Source: Squalus acanthias
Taxonomy: Eukaryota
Length of the DNA: 36,040 nt
NCBI GenBank assembly: GCA_030390025.1
Contig: JASTWF010000332.1
Coordinates: 496,001 to 532,040 of the forward strand
Direction of reading: 5' to 3'
The notes under the pieces are model-generated. The model was given only the letters and a program-made list of their open reading frames with translations. It had not been told where the DNA came from and searched no databases. Within the stretch, counting starts at the first letter, position 1; each line of letters starts with the position of its first letter. Positions 11,324 to 22,234 of the stretch are shown here, piece by piece. Position numbers and translations under genes: made by a program.

Positions 11324-11342
11324 CAGCCAGTAGAGGGCGCCG
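11324..11342 (+). promoter_or_regulatory. Putative CTCF binding site
   Basis: CAGCCAGTAGAGGGCGCCG matches the CTCF core consensus CCASYAGRKGGCRS at every position and lies in apparently non-repeat DNA. Confidence 0.6.
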
Positions 11343-11537
11343 CACCTTGTCGAAAGTCCAGTGAATCTGCTGTAAATCCAACTATCAGTCTGGTTGACCC
11401 GGAAATTCGGGGGTGGGTGGACGCAGGGTCTGAATGGTGAGGCCCACTATTTCTGAGAGAGACTTTATTTTCTTGAATGACGTATAATGGCTGTGGACTT
11501 TGTCAAGTGACTTAAGTTCATGGTCACGCACACTCAC

Positions 11538-11614
11538 ACTCTCTGATTCAATGCACAATCTTTGTTCTATTATATTCACCACCCTTAGCTTTGATTCATA
11601 TATTCTTGCCATTT
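11538..11614 (-). CDS. Candidate 77-nt coding exon (xMARIYESKLRVVNIIEQRLCIESES)
   Basis: TTATACTTTTTAATAG acceptor, AGT|GTGAGT donor, only one open frame (phase 1-0), helical protein-like composition. Confidence 0.35.
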
Positions 11615-11883
11615 CTATTAAAAAGTATAAATTTAGTGAATGTAATTGTAAGGAATGGAAATACCACAATAATTGAGGAATGCGGAATGTAGAAAGAAGA
11701 TCTCCCCAGTTCCAATGACTCACTATATTCCATTGTATGTTCGATAGAAATTCAGCCGTTTCCTTAAGCTTTGGTTTTAATTGTATGCCCTAGAGCGGCG
11801 AGAGGTGGGTGGTGTGTACGATCCCTGCGTCTGAATAGATTGGCCTGAGGCACACCCGATACTGGATCGTGCACTGGGGGGAC

Positions 11884-11970
11884 AGGCAATCTGGGTCAGG
11901 AGGATAGGCAATCTGGGTCAGGAGGATAGGCAAGCTGGTCCAGGAGGGGAGGCAATCGGATCAGGAGGGT
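11884..11970. repeat. 22-bp tandem repeat (AGGCAATCTGGGTCAGGAGGAT, about 4 degenerating copies), probably inside a MITE-like host (about 11770-13140)
   Basis: Two exact copies plus two diverged copies visible. Confidence 0.7.
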
Positions 11971-12062
11971 AGCGATTGGCGGCGATTGGGGAAGGGCAGA
12001 GGCCCGGATCGGGGGATGATGGTCAGCACTGGGCCATGTGCTTTGATTGTTGGGTTAGGAAT

Positions 12063-12965
12063 ATAAACAGAAAATGCTGGAAATACTCAGCAGGTCAGGC
12101 AGCATCTGTGGAGAGAGAAACAGAGTTAACGTTTCAGGTCGATGACTTTTCATCTGAACTGGAAGAAGTTAGAGATATAACAAGTTTTAAACAAGTGCAG
12201 AGGCATGGAAAGGGGGGAAGGGAGGAAAGAACAAAAGGGAAGGTCTGTGATAGGGTGGAAGGCAGGAGAGATTAAAAGACAAAAGGGATGATGGTGCAAG
12301 GCAAAAGGAGATGGTAATGGGACAAGTTAAGAAACAAAAGATGGCTCTAGAGGAGGTGTAAATGGCAACAGCAGAATCATTACCAGCAAATGCTGTTCGA
12401 AAAAATGGGAGCAGTGGTTATGACCTGAAATTGTTGAACTTGATGCTGAGTCTGGAAGGCTGTAAAGTGCCTAATCGAAAATGAGGTGCTATTTCATGAG
12501 CATCTGTTGAGCTTCATTAGAACAGTGTAGGAGGCCAAGGACAGAGAGGTCAGAGTGGGAGTGGGACAGAGAATTAAAATGACAGGCGACCAGAAGCTCA
12601 GGGTCACGCTTACTGACTGAATGGAGGTGTTCAACAAAGCGATCACCCAATCTGTGGTTGGTCTCCCCATTGTAGAGCAGCGAATATAGTATACTAAATT
12701 GCAAGAAGTACAAGTAAATCACTGTTTCACCTGAAAGGAGTGTTTGGACCCTGGACGTTGGGAAGGGAGGAGGTAATAGAGCAGAAGTTGCACCTCCTGC
12801 GCTTGCACGGGAAGGTGCCGTAGGAAGGGGAGGAGGTGTTGGGGGTGATTGAAGAGTGGACCAGGGTGTCGCGGACGGAACGGTCCCTTTGGAATGCTGA
12901 AAGGGGAGGGGAGGGGAAGATGTAGTTTTGTGGTGGCATTGTGCTGGGGGTGGTGGAAATGGCCA
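12063..12965 (-). mobile_element. Penelope-like element 3' part: degenerate GIY-YIG endonuclease plus terminal repeat
   Basis: ORFs give GTFPCKRRRCNFC and LYNGETNHRLGDRFVEHL...VACHFNS.HSHSDLSVLGL, the Penelope Zn-linker and GIY-YIG signature. Confidence 0.92.
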
Positions 12966-13239
12966 TTTTATATTTTAAACACTTACCTTGTTGGTTGCGG
13001 CCTGCAGCGGTCCCTTTAAGGATCGCCTGTTAGGCCGTATGTAGTCCTGGCTTTCCCGAATGCAGCCGGTGCCAGCTGCCTCAGGGCAAACCAATCTTGC
13101 AGAGGGGGCCTCAAACAGGGGTTAGACCCATTATTTTTATATGTCCAGCCAATTTGATTCACTGCACTTAACAGTAAGAAGTGGTGGAGTGCATTAGCCA
13201 AAGGCTATGGGCCCTGAGGTGCTGGAGAACTAGCCGCTT

Positions 13240-13880
13240 TCTTAGCCAAGCTCTTCCAGTACAGCCATGACATTGGCATCTATTCGACAATGGAATATTG
13301 AACACATAGTGCTAGAGAAAGGTTCAGAGTTAGTAGGGTGAGGCCACAGAGGGATTGGTAAATGAAGACATGGAGGTCGGCGAGAACATTGGGTGATATG
13401 AGTGCCTAGGAATAGGAGGGGTCCAAGCATGGAACTTTGGTGACAATGTGGCTGTGGGAGGAGAAACTATTGCAGGAGATGTGTGAGACAGGTAGGAGTG
13501 GAACCGAGTGAAGGCAGTGCAACAGAGGTGGACCACAGAGGTGAGATAATGGAGATGGATGAAGTGGCCAAGCTTGTCGAATGTTGCAGAGATGTCAAGG
13601 AGATATTTAGTGCACCTTAGTCTCAATCACAAAGGATGTTGTATGTGACTTTTAGCAAAGTGGTTCTGTGCTGCGAGCAGGTCGGTTAACTGGAATAAAG
13701 AGATTCAAAAGGAGAATAATGGGACAGGTAGTCCTGATCTGAGTGCCAACTGTTTGTGGACTTTAGAGAGGACAGTGAGGTTAGAGATTGAACAGGAATT
13801 GGAGAGGAGAGAGGAGTCGAGGCTTTTTAAGGAGGTGGGGTTGCTGAGAGTACAATGCCCAAAGAAAGGGAGGACATTGT
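13240..13880 (-). mobile_element. Old, degenerate L2 LINE RT fragment
   Basis: Minus-strand remnants LLDISATFDKLGH, FHSYLS and MLGPLLF. Confidence 0.7.
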
Positions 13881-14591
13881 AGCTTTCATTATCGGCAGTG
13901 TCACTTCCAAATCACGGAACTGTATCCTAAAGCTGGCTTCAGGAACTGCTGGACTTGTTTTGAGCTACCAATTATGTTCTGTCCACAGAGTGACTGATTA
14001 ATAGAGATTTCATGTGGGTTGCACAGTAAATTGACACAGATGTCAGCAGTAAATTACATGGCATGAGCAACTGCTCCCAGTGGAAATGTCCAAGACTTGA
14101 CAATCTGACAACCAAAAGCATTGACAATTTTCTGAAATAGCAATAAAGGAGACAATAGCCGTCGACTGGGATATGTGTTGTATAATTTTGGATTATCAAT
14201 AATGCTATTTTTGATTCAGCAGCTTTCAAAGAAGGGTATTTATAATGCACTCTGCTGATCTTTTTTTAAAAATTGGTACGAATTTTCATAATGGCACCGG
14301 GATAATTGTAAGCTGCCAGAGCAGAACGCAAGGCAGAAAGGCTGTGATTCATCTGGACAAACTTCCTCATCAACCAGTCTGTCACCCGCATTCTGTAATC
14401 ATTGTGTATTCAAACAGATTACAGGTAATCCTGTTGATGTTTTATTATTCTCATTGATTCCGTTGTAGAACATACCTATATTTTTATGAGCACATTTCCG
14501 GCAAAACTTGCTCTGAATCAAAGTTACTTAAAACAAGGCTTTTGTGGTAAGGACCTTTTGGTGTATTTTCTTTCAAGTAGTGTAGTCGGTA

Positions 14592-14745
14592 AAGAATGAC
14601 GATTTGCATTTATATAGCACCTTTCAGGTCCTCCAGACATCGCAAAACACTTCATAACCAATTCATTACTGCTGAAGTTCAGTCGCTGTTGTTTTTGTAG
14701 GCAAACACGCAGCCAGTTTGTGCACAGCAAGGTCCCACAAACATC
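14592..14745 (-). mobile_element. SacSINE1/DeuSINE-like SINE 3' fragment
   Basis: TTGCATTTATATAGCACCTTTCA...TGTGCACAGCAAGGTCCCACAAACA is the reverse complement of the tail at 23990-24128. Confidence 0.7.
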
Positions 14746-14875
14746 AAAGGGCCTCTGAGCTCATTTTGACACAGCCTGACACCGCGTTAGAATTAGATTG
14801 CATGTGCCGACAAGCCTAAGTGGACAGCCTTCCTAAGCTGCCCTCACACCACAGTGTTCCAGAATTCGATATATT

Positions 14876-15630
14876 GGGCCAGAAATTCGGCTCTCCGGCT
14901 TCCTGCGGGTGCAAGCATCGCGCGCGTACTTACCTACCGCGCCTGCCGTTGTGCTTCGGGCCCACGAGGAATTCGGGTCCTGGGCCTCCTGCAGCTGCCG
15001 GCGCACAGTGCTTGCATATCCCAGGGGCGCAGTTAGTTCGAAGCGTCCCCTGGGATCACGTGGGCCATGGAGAGCCAATCCTAGCAGGGCATTTTCATTC
15101 ATAGATTTGACAGGAAGACCTGTCAAATCTATGAATAGAGATCGGCCCCAAAACCACACTTAAACTTCAAATAATTTTTTTTAAAAAACCATCACATTTT
15201 TAAAATAACTATAAATTACATAAATTAACTACTTTAAACAAAAATTTAAATTTTTGAAAAAATTAATTACACTTTTTAACGGTGCTAAAAATAAACTTAC
15301 CTTTCTTTAAAGTATGTAAAAAAGATAAACCTGTTGAAATTTTTTTTAATTTTACTTAATTAACCACTTACCTTGTTAAAAACAGGCCTTGCGCCTCCTT
15401 TTTAAATGTGCAGCTTCTCCATACTTACTCTCACCGAGAAACCTGAAAAAAAAAACGAAGTTCACTGCGTGCGCGCAGCCTCTCCCGCGCATGCATTCGA
15501 CTTCTGAACCCCTTCCTTCAGGGGAACGGAAGTTCTGGTTTCCCGTGCATGCGTGAAACTGGCACTTCAGGTGGCCTTACGGGTGAGTACACAGCGCGTA
15601 CTCACCCATGGAGAGCCGAATTTCTGGCCC
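14876..15630. mobile_element. Complete 755-bp MITE with perfect 21-bp TIRs (PIF/Harbinger-like)
   Basis: GGGCCAGAAATTCGGCTCTCC (14876-14896) and GGAGAGCCGAATTTCTGGCCC (15610-15630); flanks ATT/AAT; AT-rich core. Confidence 0.9.
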
Positions 15631-15639
15631 AATTATCAA

Positions 15640-15741
15640 TAATAAAAACAGAAAATGCTGGAGACACTCAGCAGGTCAGGCAGCATCTGTAGAGAGAGAA
15701 ACAGAGTTAACGTTTCAGCTCGATGACCTATCATCAGAACT
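15640..15741 (-). mobile_element. Penelope-like terminal repeat fragment with a hammerhead motif at 15705-15741
   Basis: Matches 12063-12160. Minus strand reads AGTT-CTGATGA-TAGGTCATCGAGCT-GAAACGTT-AACT. Confidence 0.85.
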
Positions 15742-15829
15742 TTTGTTTTTTTTAATTATATTATCACTTTGACACTGTCGCAAGATGAAAACTCCTTTAC
15801 TGCAACATAAAAGTGGCAATATAACTACC

Positions 15830-16035
15830 CTGGGGATGGTCCCCGGCAATCGGGAGGTCGGAGAAGCCCGCGATCGGGAGGGGCGAGGCCGAAGGCTTCC
15901 TTGAGGGACCTCGGGGAGAGCACACCTTTCCCGTCCCGCCCACAAGGAGTGCTGAAAGAGGTGCTTACCTTGTGGAGCCCGCAGGTCCCGCCTCCCTTTC
16001 ACTGCCGAGTTTCCCAACCCCTGGGAACCTGCACA
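15830..16035. mobile_element. Internal fragment of a GC-rich MITE family
   Basis: GATCGGG motifs and a CCACAAG...CTTACCT block resembling the reverse complement of 35220-35340. Confidence 0.45.
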
Positions 16036-17149
16036 GCAGCAGTAATCAGAAGCTGGTTGGCATTATTCAAATTGGTCAGCTGAACAAAGTACTTTCTACA
16101 TGCTATTATACATTAATAATGTGAGCTAAAAATGAAGTCTGTTTGGAGGACAAAGCCATGTTTGTCTGAAACAAACTGTTCATTTTAGTTCAACGGTTCC
16201 AAAAATAAATGCAAGACATGTTCTACAGTATGCAGACAATATTAATTTGCAGGGATTATGATTGTGGAAAAAATGCCAATGAAACAATAAATTATGTTGA
16301 ATGCCACAAGACTAGAGAACACACACAACCTTAAAAGGGTATTAAGAAGGATAACTTTAATACTCAAAGGTCCACTGCACTTTTGGAGGCTGAATCCCGC
16401 CAATAAAGCACTCAATTGCAGGAGGATAGGATATCCATGGTATTGGAATTAGTTCTCATCCCCAGAGACGTAAATGTCTAGTACAAGTAAAATGCAATTC
16501 ATCTCACTGTGCAACCTCCCTGTAAAGTTAAATAGTTGGTCAGCACTGTGTATAAACTGTACCTTAAACAGCACATCAGTCAGTAAAGTCTCTAATACTT
16601 GTGCAGAAATCCTTTTGTACAACAGTCCACAGCTGCATAAATACCAAAATAGGAAGAGGCATTTTCTCCCCTAAACAAAAGGAGCAAGATTTAGGCTGCA
16701 GTTATGCTGCCACTTTGGTGTTGATGCAAAGCAGTTTCAGGTGTGCATCAATGCAAAACTGGCCGTATATATTGGGTGTCAGTGGTGTAAAACCACTGAA
16801 GGAAACCGCCTCCCACCAGTCTGAGGTTGCACTGGCTACCGTCTCACCCCCAGTCTAGTGCAAAGAGAGTCCACTGGAATCCATGAAACGCTTCACATTT
16901 TACGTGGAAATGGTTTTAATGTTGTGAGAAAGCAGACACTCCAACTCCCACACTCCGGCAACATCGAACATTAGCAGCCTGGGGAGCTGAGCTCTGTGTG
17001 TGCAGTTAAGTGTGCGCAGATGGCCCTTACTGCAGTTTGGATACAAGCACGACTACTGGTATGGTATTGATTTGCCATTTGTGCATTTCACTTCACAAAG
17101 ACAAGCCTGATACCAGTAGCTGCAGTAGAACTGGTATTAGATATTAGAC

Positions 17150-18380
17150 CGTCAGGAACTGTTTAAGAAGACTCCGATAGAAAATTTGAGAATACAGTGG
17201 AAAAAGAAGAACGTTAGCAACCGTATAATATGCTGGCTGCATAATTGACAGACAATTATTAACGGTAGTAGTTCTAATTATGCTGCTCCAACCAGCCGAG
17301 CACCTCGGGTTGATCCTGAGACGCAGCTGTTCAAAATTTGAGTGGATAACCTCGATGACAGTTTGCAAATGAATGTCTGAGTTTGCAGATGATACCAAGT
17401 CATGCGGGACAGCAGAATATAGAAATAAAGGATAAGATTCAAAGAGACCCACAGAGGTTTAGCAAGTGGGAAGGTGGTACTTAGCTTTGAGAATTGTGAA
17501 GTAGTATACATTGGTGCTAAATAGCAGACACATTAACAAAATGCAGGTATCCTGTTAAACAAAATGGGCCAGGGAAAGATTTGTGGGCGTTAATTAACCT
17601 AATATTGACAGTGTAGTCACAGCACATGGCAGAGGTAAAAAAGAGAAATAAAATACTGTTGTACAAATTGGACTCTTAGCTCATAACTCCAAGGAAGTGA
17701 CACTCTGAAAAGGTCACTCAAGAAAACACCAGTGGAATACTGTGTACAGTTGTGGCTGAGGCTGTACTCGTAACAAGATATTAATAGGGTCCAACATAAG
17801 AGACTCGGAACTAAAGCAGAAAGACGGCAAATAAACATCAGCAAAGGTGATCCAGATTTTAGGTCACTGAGCTCTGAAAAGAGATAACAGAAGTTAAATC
17901 TATTCCCATTGGAAAAACGATTGAAGAGGGCATAAGACCAAATTTTAAAATAACCAAAGACATTAGCAGGTTGGACTTAGAAATATATCGCCGATCCTTC
18001 ATCGTCGCTGGGTCAAAATCCTGGAACTCCCTCCCTAACAGCACTGTGGGAGTACCTTCACCACACGGACTGCAGCGGTTCAAGAAGGCGGCTCACCACC
18101 ACCTTCTCAAGGGCAATTGGGGATGGGCAATAAATGCTGGCCCTGCCAGCGACGCCCAGATCCCACAAATGAATAATAAAATAAAAAGATTTTTTTTTAC
18201 AGATCCAAGTGCGGTTGTAAGGAAACCATAGTTTTGAAGAGTAATTTATTCACACTCAGATTGACAGCTTATAGAATAGGCTGCCAACTGGCACAGAGAA
18301 TGCTGACTACCTCAGCTGAAGCATTCAACCAAGAAATGGACAGATTCCCAATTTAGCAGGTAGTAAAGGGAAAGGAACTT
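17150..18380 (+). mobile_element. Highly decayed CR1 RT region
   Basis: TTTGCAGATGATACCAAG (FADDTK) at about 17382 and TGGAATACTGTGTACAGTTGTGG (EYCVQLW) at about 17733, in CR1 order, with many stops and frameshifts. Confidence 0.7.
17973..18190 (+). mobile_element. Family-B LINE 3' tail inserted into the old CR1
   Basis: Near-identical to 7754-7963. Confidence 0.9.
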
Positions 18381-19103
18381 GGTTGGGAATGAGTTGAAAA
18401 TGGATACACCCAAGTGTAAATAAGTTACTTGTTAAAATATTCTTGCCTTTTTTACTTCCTTCTCACTCAACCAATGTCTTTTTAAAGCTAAATTGGATTT
18501 ATAACTGGATCTATATTAGTAGGAAAGTAAGTTTCCGCACACTTTTTGACCCACAACATTTTTTTCCAATACGCATTCATATGTTGGACTGCAGGATAGA
18601 TGCCCATTTTTATTAAAGCAGCTTTTAATCGATAGTTATGTCAAATTCTAGAAGCCCACAAACCAGACTGACTGTTTTGGTATTAGCCTTGCCCTGCTGT
18701 AAAAAGATTGGAGGCATAATTGCTTTGATTGAGTGCAGGGGTGGGGGAGGTGATTGAAGCTGATGCTTTGACTTTATCTTCACTGACTAAAATTGACTTC
18801 AGTTTTAAAAGGATAATATTGGGGAAAATAATCAGAGTTTCTGCAATTAGCATAAGTCTGGCAATGTGTTTTCTGCCTGACCTCTCTTCATAATGCTATG
18901 GTTATTGGAGTAATTTGCAGCTGGCTCCCTTGCACCTATGGCCCTTGGCAGGTGTGGCATTCCATCTGGCATCCACCTCGAGGCCTGAATTCATGGCCTA
19001 CTAAGCTGTAGGCTGCTGTCCAAGTAGGAGTGAGCGTGGTTCACTCTTTATTTTCTTGCTATTTAGCAAGAGAAGACAAGAAGATGCCATCAGGAGGAGA
19101 CAA

Positions 19104-19659
19104 GGGGGTTGACTTTTCACTGCCTTGGCCTGACATTAACGGGGCCTCAAAATGAGGCCGGCAGCCTTACCGACCCATTAGCACTGGCAATGCGGACGGC
19201 TCCATTCTGAAAGGGCCCTACCGCCAGGTGTCAAAAATCCCGCCTGTTTCAGGTGATAGGCCCCTTTTAATATGGGAATCGGGGTCCCACGACACAAATT
19301 TTAGTTCGGAACTGGCTGGAGCCTGCAGAGTGTGCACTCCGACCAGTTCCATGGGTGATGGAACCGAAGAGTCCCGTGAAAGGTAAATGTTGAAATATAA
19401 TCTGGGTCGCTGCTGCCCGGTGTCCGCACCCTCCAGATCGTGCTCCCCCCGCCCCGCAACTTAGCTTGCTGGAAGCCACACCGGCCCGATCTTGAGACCT
19501 GAATCTGACGAGCTGCACTGGAACGCCTGTTTGGCGCCTCGCAGCTTGCCTGAGAAATTTTAATGAGGCCGCGGCCTCCAATCACAGGGGGGCCTCTTTA
19601 CCGCTGGAACGGGCGGCTGACCAACGCCGGTTGGTTGGCCAAAAGTCAAGATAGATCCC
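19104..19659. mobile_element. GC-rich MITE with degenerate TIRs
   Basis: Left GGGGGTTGACTTTT, right AAAAGTCAAGATAGATCCC; termini resemble 33033-33206. Confidence 0.6.
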
Positions 19660-19735
19660 AATGCTTTTCAGCTTTCATAGAGCAAGTGAAAGGGTCCTAT
19701 TAAAACAGAACTACCTTTATATGGGATGGCGAAAA

Positions 19736-19772
19736 GGTTCTGACGAAAGGTCATCAACCTGAAACGTTAACT
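19736..19772 (+). ncRNA. Minimal type I hammerhead ribozyme motif (PLE-associated)
   Basis: GGUU-CUGACGA-A-AGGU(CAUCA)ACCU-GAAA-CG-UU-AACU: intact core, stems I and II, palindromic ACGU stem III. Confidence 0.7.
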
Positions 19773-19838
19773 CTGTTTCTCTCTTCACAGATGCTGCCTG
19801 ACCTGCTGAGTATCTCCAGCATTTTCTGTTTTTATTTT
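19736..19838 (+). mobile_element. Penelope-like terminal repeat fragment
   Basis: Reverse complement of 12063-12160. Confidence 0.85.
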
Positions 19839-20182
19839 ATATGGGAAGTGCCTGGTGTACACATGGCAATTGCTGACAGTGGCATGACTAAAATAAGGAG
19901 CCCGCTGTGTTGCAGGCCTATTACCATCACTCCAGGAGCAGTGTGTTGCAGCATTCTAAATAGTGGCCCTCAAGCAAGACATCGATTGGAATTGTGGCCT
20001 TCAGCGCAAGGTTAGTGAGTAACACCGTACGAGCAGAAGTGACACTGAATAATTGATAGCAAGAATGAATTGTGCTTGTTGAGAGCTTCCCACCCACTCG
20101 CCTGCCCTTCCAGAAGAAAGAGGCGTAAAAAGGAAGTGAATGTGAGGCAAATGTCAATAATGCAACATTACAGGAAAAGTAC

Positions 20183-20206
20183 CTTAACGGTAGTTCCTTT
20201 GTCTGT
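20183..20206 (-). CDS. Candidate 24-nt microexon (TDKGTTVK in phase 0)
   Basis: CCCTCTCTGTTTTTGGTTTTATAG acceptor, AAG|GTACTT donor, frame-preserving length. Confidence 0.2.
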
Positions 20207-20602
20207 CTATAAAACCAAAAACAGAGAGGGTCCTTTGAGTCCTGTTGTCAAAATTCAGTCAAGGCAGCTTCATAACTTGTTTCTGTTCCTATGTTTCAAT
20301 GCCCTGCTGATGTATAGAGAGGTGTAACAGCAGGAGGAGGAAGGAACATAAGCACAATGATCAAGGCCTTTATTTTAGTTCTGGGACATCATTTCCATCA
20401 AACTTATTCCCTGTCAGTGAGAATAACTTATCCTCCCAGTCATTACAATTTAGTTATCTTTGGCAGTGTTGCATTCAGGAGATTTCGTGACTGTGCAATA
20501 TTAAAATGTAATTCTTCTATCTGCCAATTTATCGAAGCTACGAACATATAAAAAAGGACAGGTAAAGATCAGCTGGTCCATTGAGCCGGTCCTATACTGA
20601 AA

Positions 20603-20910
20603 CAAAGAAAGAAAGACTTGCATTTATGTAGCGCCTTTCACGATCTCAGGACATCCCAAAGTGCTTGACAAACAATGAAGTATTTTTGAAGTGTAGTCAC
20701 TGTTGTACTGTAGGAAACATTAAGGGAATCAAGCTATATGGGGATAGTTCAGGAAAATGGAGATGAGGTAGAAGATCAGCCATGATCGTATTGAATGGCA
20801 GAGCAGGCTCGAAGGGCCAAATGGCCTACTCCTGCTCCTATTTCTTCTGTTCTTATGAAATGCGGCAGGCAATTTGTGCACAGCAAGCTCCCACAAACAA
20901 CAGTAATGAT
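20603..20910 (-). mobile_element. SacSINE1/DeuSINE-like 3' fragment split by a CR1 tail
   Basis: AAAGAAAGACTTGCATTTATGTAGCGCCTTTCACGA...TAGGAAAC resumes as GCGGCAGGCAATTTGTGCACAGCAAG after the insert. Confidence 0.75.
20720..20857 (+). mobile_element. Short CR1 3' tail insertion
   Basis: GGGCCAAATGGCCTACTCCTGCTCCTATTTCTTCTGTTCTTATG. Confidence 0.9.
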
Positions 20911-20916
20911 CCTTAC

Positions 20917-20981
20917 ATCCTGCAATGACGTAACATCTCGCACCATCACCCTTCTTCCCTCCTCCGCAGTCACACAATCTC
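20917..20981 (-). CDS. Candidate 65-nt exon (xDCVTAEEGRRVMVRDVTSLQD, or alternative frame RLCDCGGGKKGDGARCYVIAG)
   Basis: TCTGTATTTATTTTACCTCTCCCAG acceptor, GAT|GTAAGG donor, GC-richer than its flanks, two frames open. Confidence 0.35.
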
Positions 20982-21524
20982 CTGGGAGAGGTAAAATAAA
21001 TACAGATTTCTCCTTCAATTACCTGTCACTGATTCAATGCTAAATACAGGAATTACCCAAAGAGAACAACTCACTGCATTTCAGACACATTCAACATTCA
21101 TGTGTTTGTACTTATCTTACATTCCGGCTCATTAGTTCTATTTCTATTAATTAACTAACCATTATATACTGCAATGAAGCAAACATTAACATGGACAGTT
21201 AAAACTAAAGGCTCTGAATAAGTCACACGCTTGTAGTAATTAACCTAGGAAGCTTTTAAGAGTCTCTGGGGAGAAATAGCTTGTCTATTAAGAAGAAAAA
21301 TAACAAAACGCCATCAACAGCGGCAATCAAGGTTGTAACTTTATTTACGATGTTTACACATGCTACGATATATCAGGGTTAGATTTAACACTGTCTGAAA
21401 GATAATTTTTTTTTGAGTTGTACAAAATTTACCTGTTTTCATGAGCCATGGCAGAATCTAGAATACAAGCTGTGAAACAGCTTAAATAGTACTTGTGGAT
21501 ACACACACTGGGGATCTTACACAG

Positions 21525-22092
21525 AACGACATTAACACAGCACCTTTAGTGTAGAAAAACATCTCGAGGCACTTCACAGAGGCATGACAAAAACAGACAC
21601 AAAGCCATAGAAGGAGAGATTAAGAAGAGTGACTAAAAATGTGATCAAAGAAATGGGTTTTAAGGAGGATCTTAAAGGATGAGAGGTAGGTAGAAAGGCG
21701 GAGGGGTTTAGGGAGAGAATTCCAGAGTGTGGAGTCCAGGCGGCTGAAGGAACGGTAGCTAATGGTGGGGTGAAGGGAGGGATGGAAGCGGGGCGGGGTG
21801 GGGATGCACAAGGGGTCAGAGACAGAGGATGGAGAGTTCAGTGTGTATGATTGTAGGGCTGGAGGAGGTTACAGAGGTAGGGAGGGGCAAGGCCATTGGA
21901 GGGATATAAACACAGGTATGAGAATTTTAAATTTGAAGCATTGGGGACCTGAAGCCAATGTAGGTTAGTGAGGAAAGGGGTGGTGGGCCAGTAGGACTTG
22001 GTGTGGAATAGGATATGGGTAGCAGAATTTTGGAGGAGCTGAGATTTATGGAGGATGGCCTGGAGAGCATTGGAGTAATTGAGTCTGGAGAT
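21525..22092 (-). mobile_element. L2 LINE 3' portion
   Basis: Reverse complement resembles 2915-4172 (LWNSLPKPLRLS in ORF 21620-21811). Confidence 0.8.
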
Positions 22093-22228
22093 AAAGAAAG
22101 AAATAACTCACAGTTATATAATGCATCTCACATCCTCAGGACATCCCAAAGTGCTTTATAGCCAATGAAGTACTTTTGATCTGTAGTTACTGGGCACAGT
22201 AAAATCCCACAAACATCAATGGGATAAA
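22093..22228 (-). mobile_element. SacSINE1/DeuSINE-like 3' fragment
   Basis: CCTCAGGACATCCCAAAGTGCTTTATAGCCAATGAAGTACTTTTGA. Confidence 0.7.
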
Positions 22229-22234
22229 AGATAA

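Noticed and set aside
11884..11970. Short direct repeats as a CRISPR array
   Set aside because: Units are head-to-tail without spacers, in eukaryotic repeat context.
20917..20981. EGF-like domain from the frame CDCGGGKKGDGARC
   Set aside because: Only the last three cysteines are present, the usual aromatic residue is missing and the exon phase is atypical; kept only as an alternative frame.
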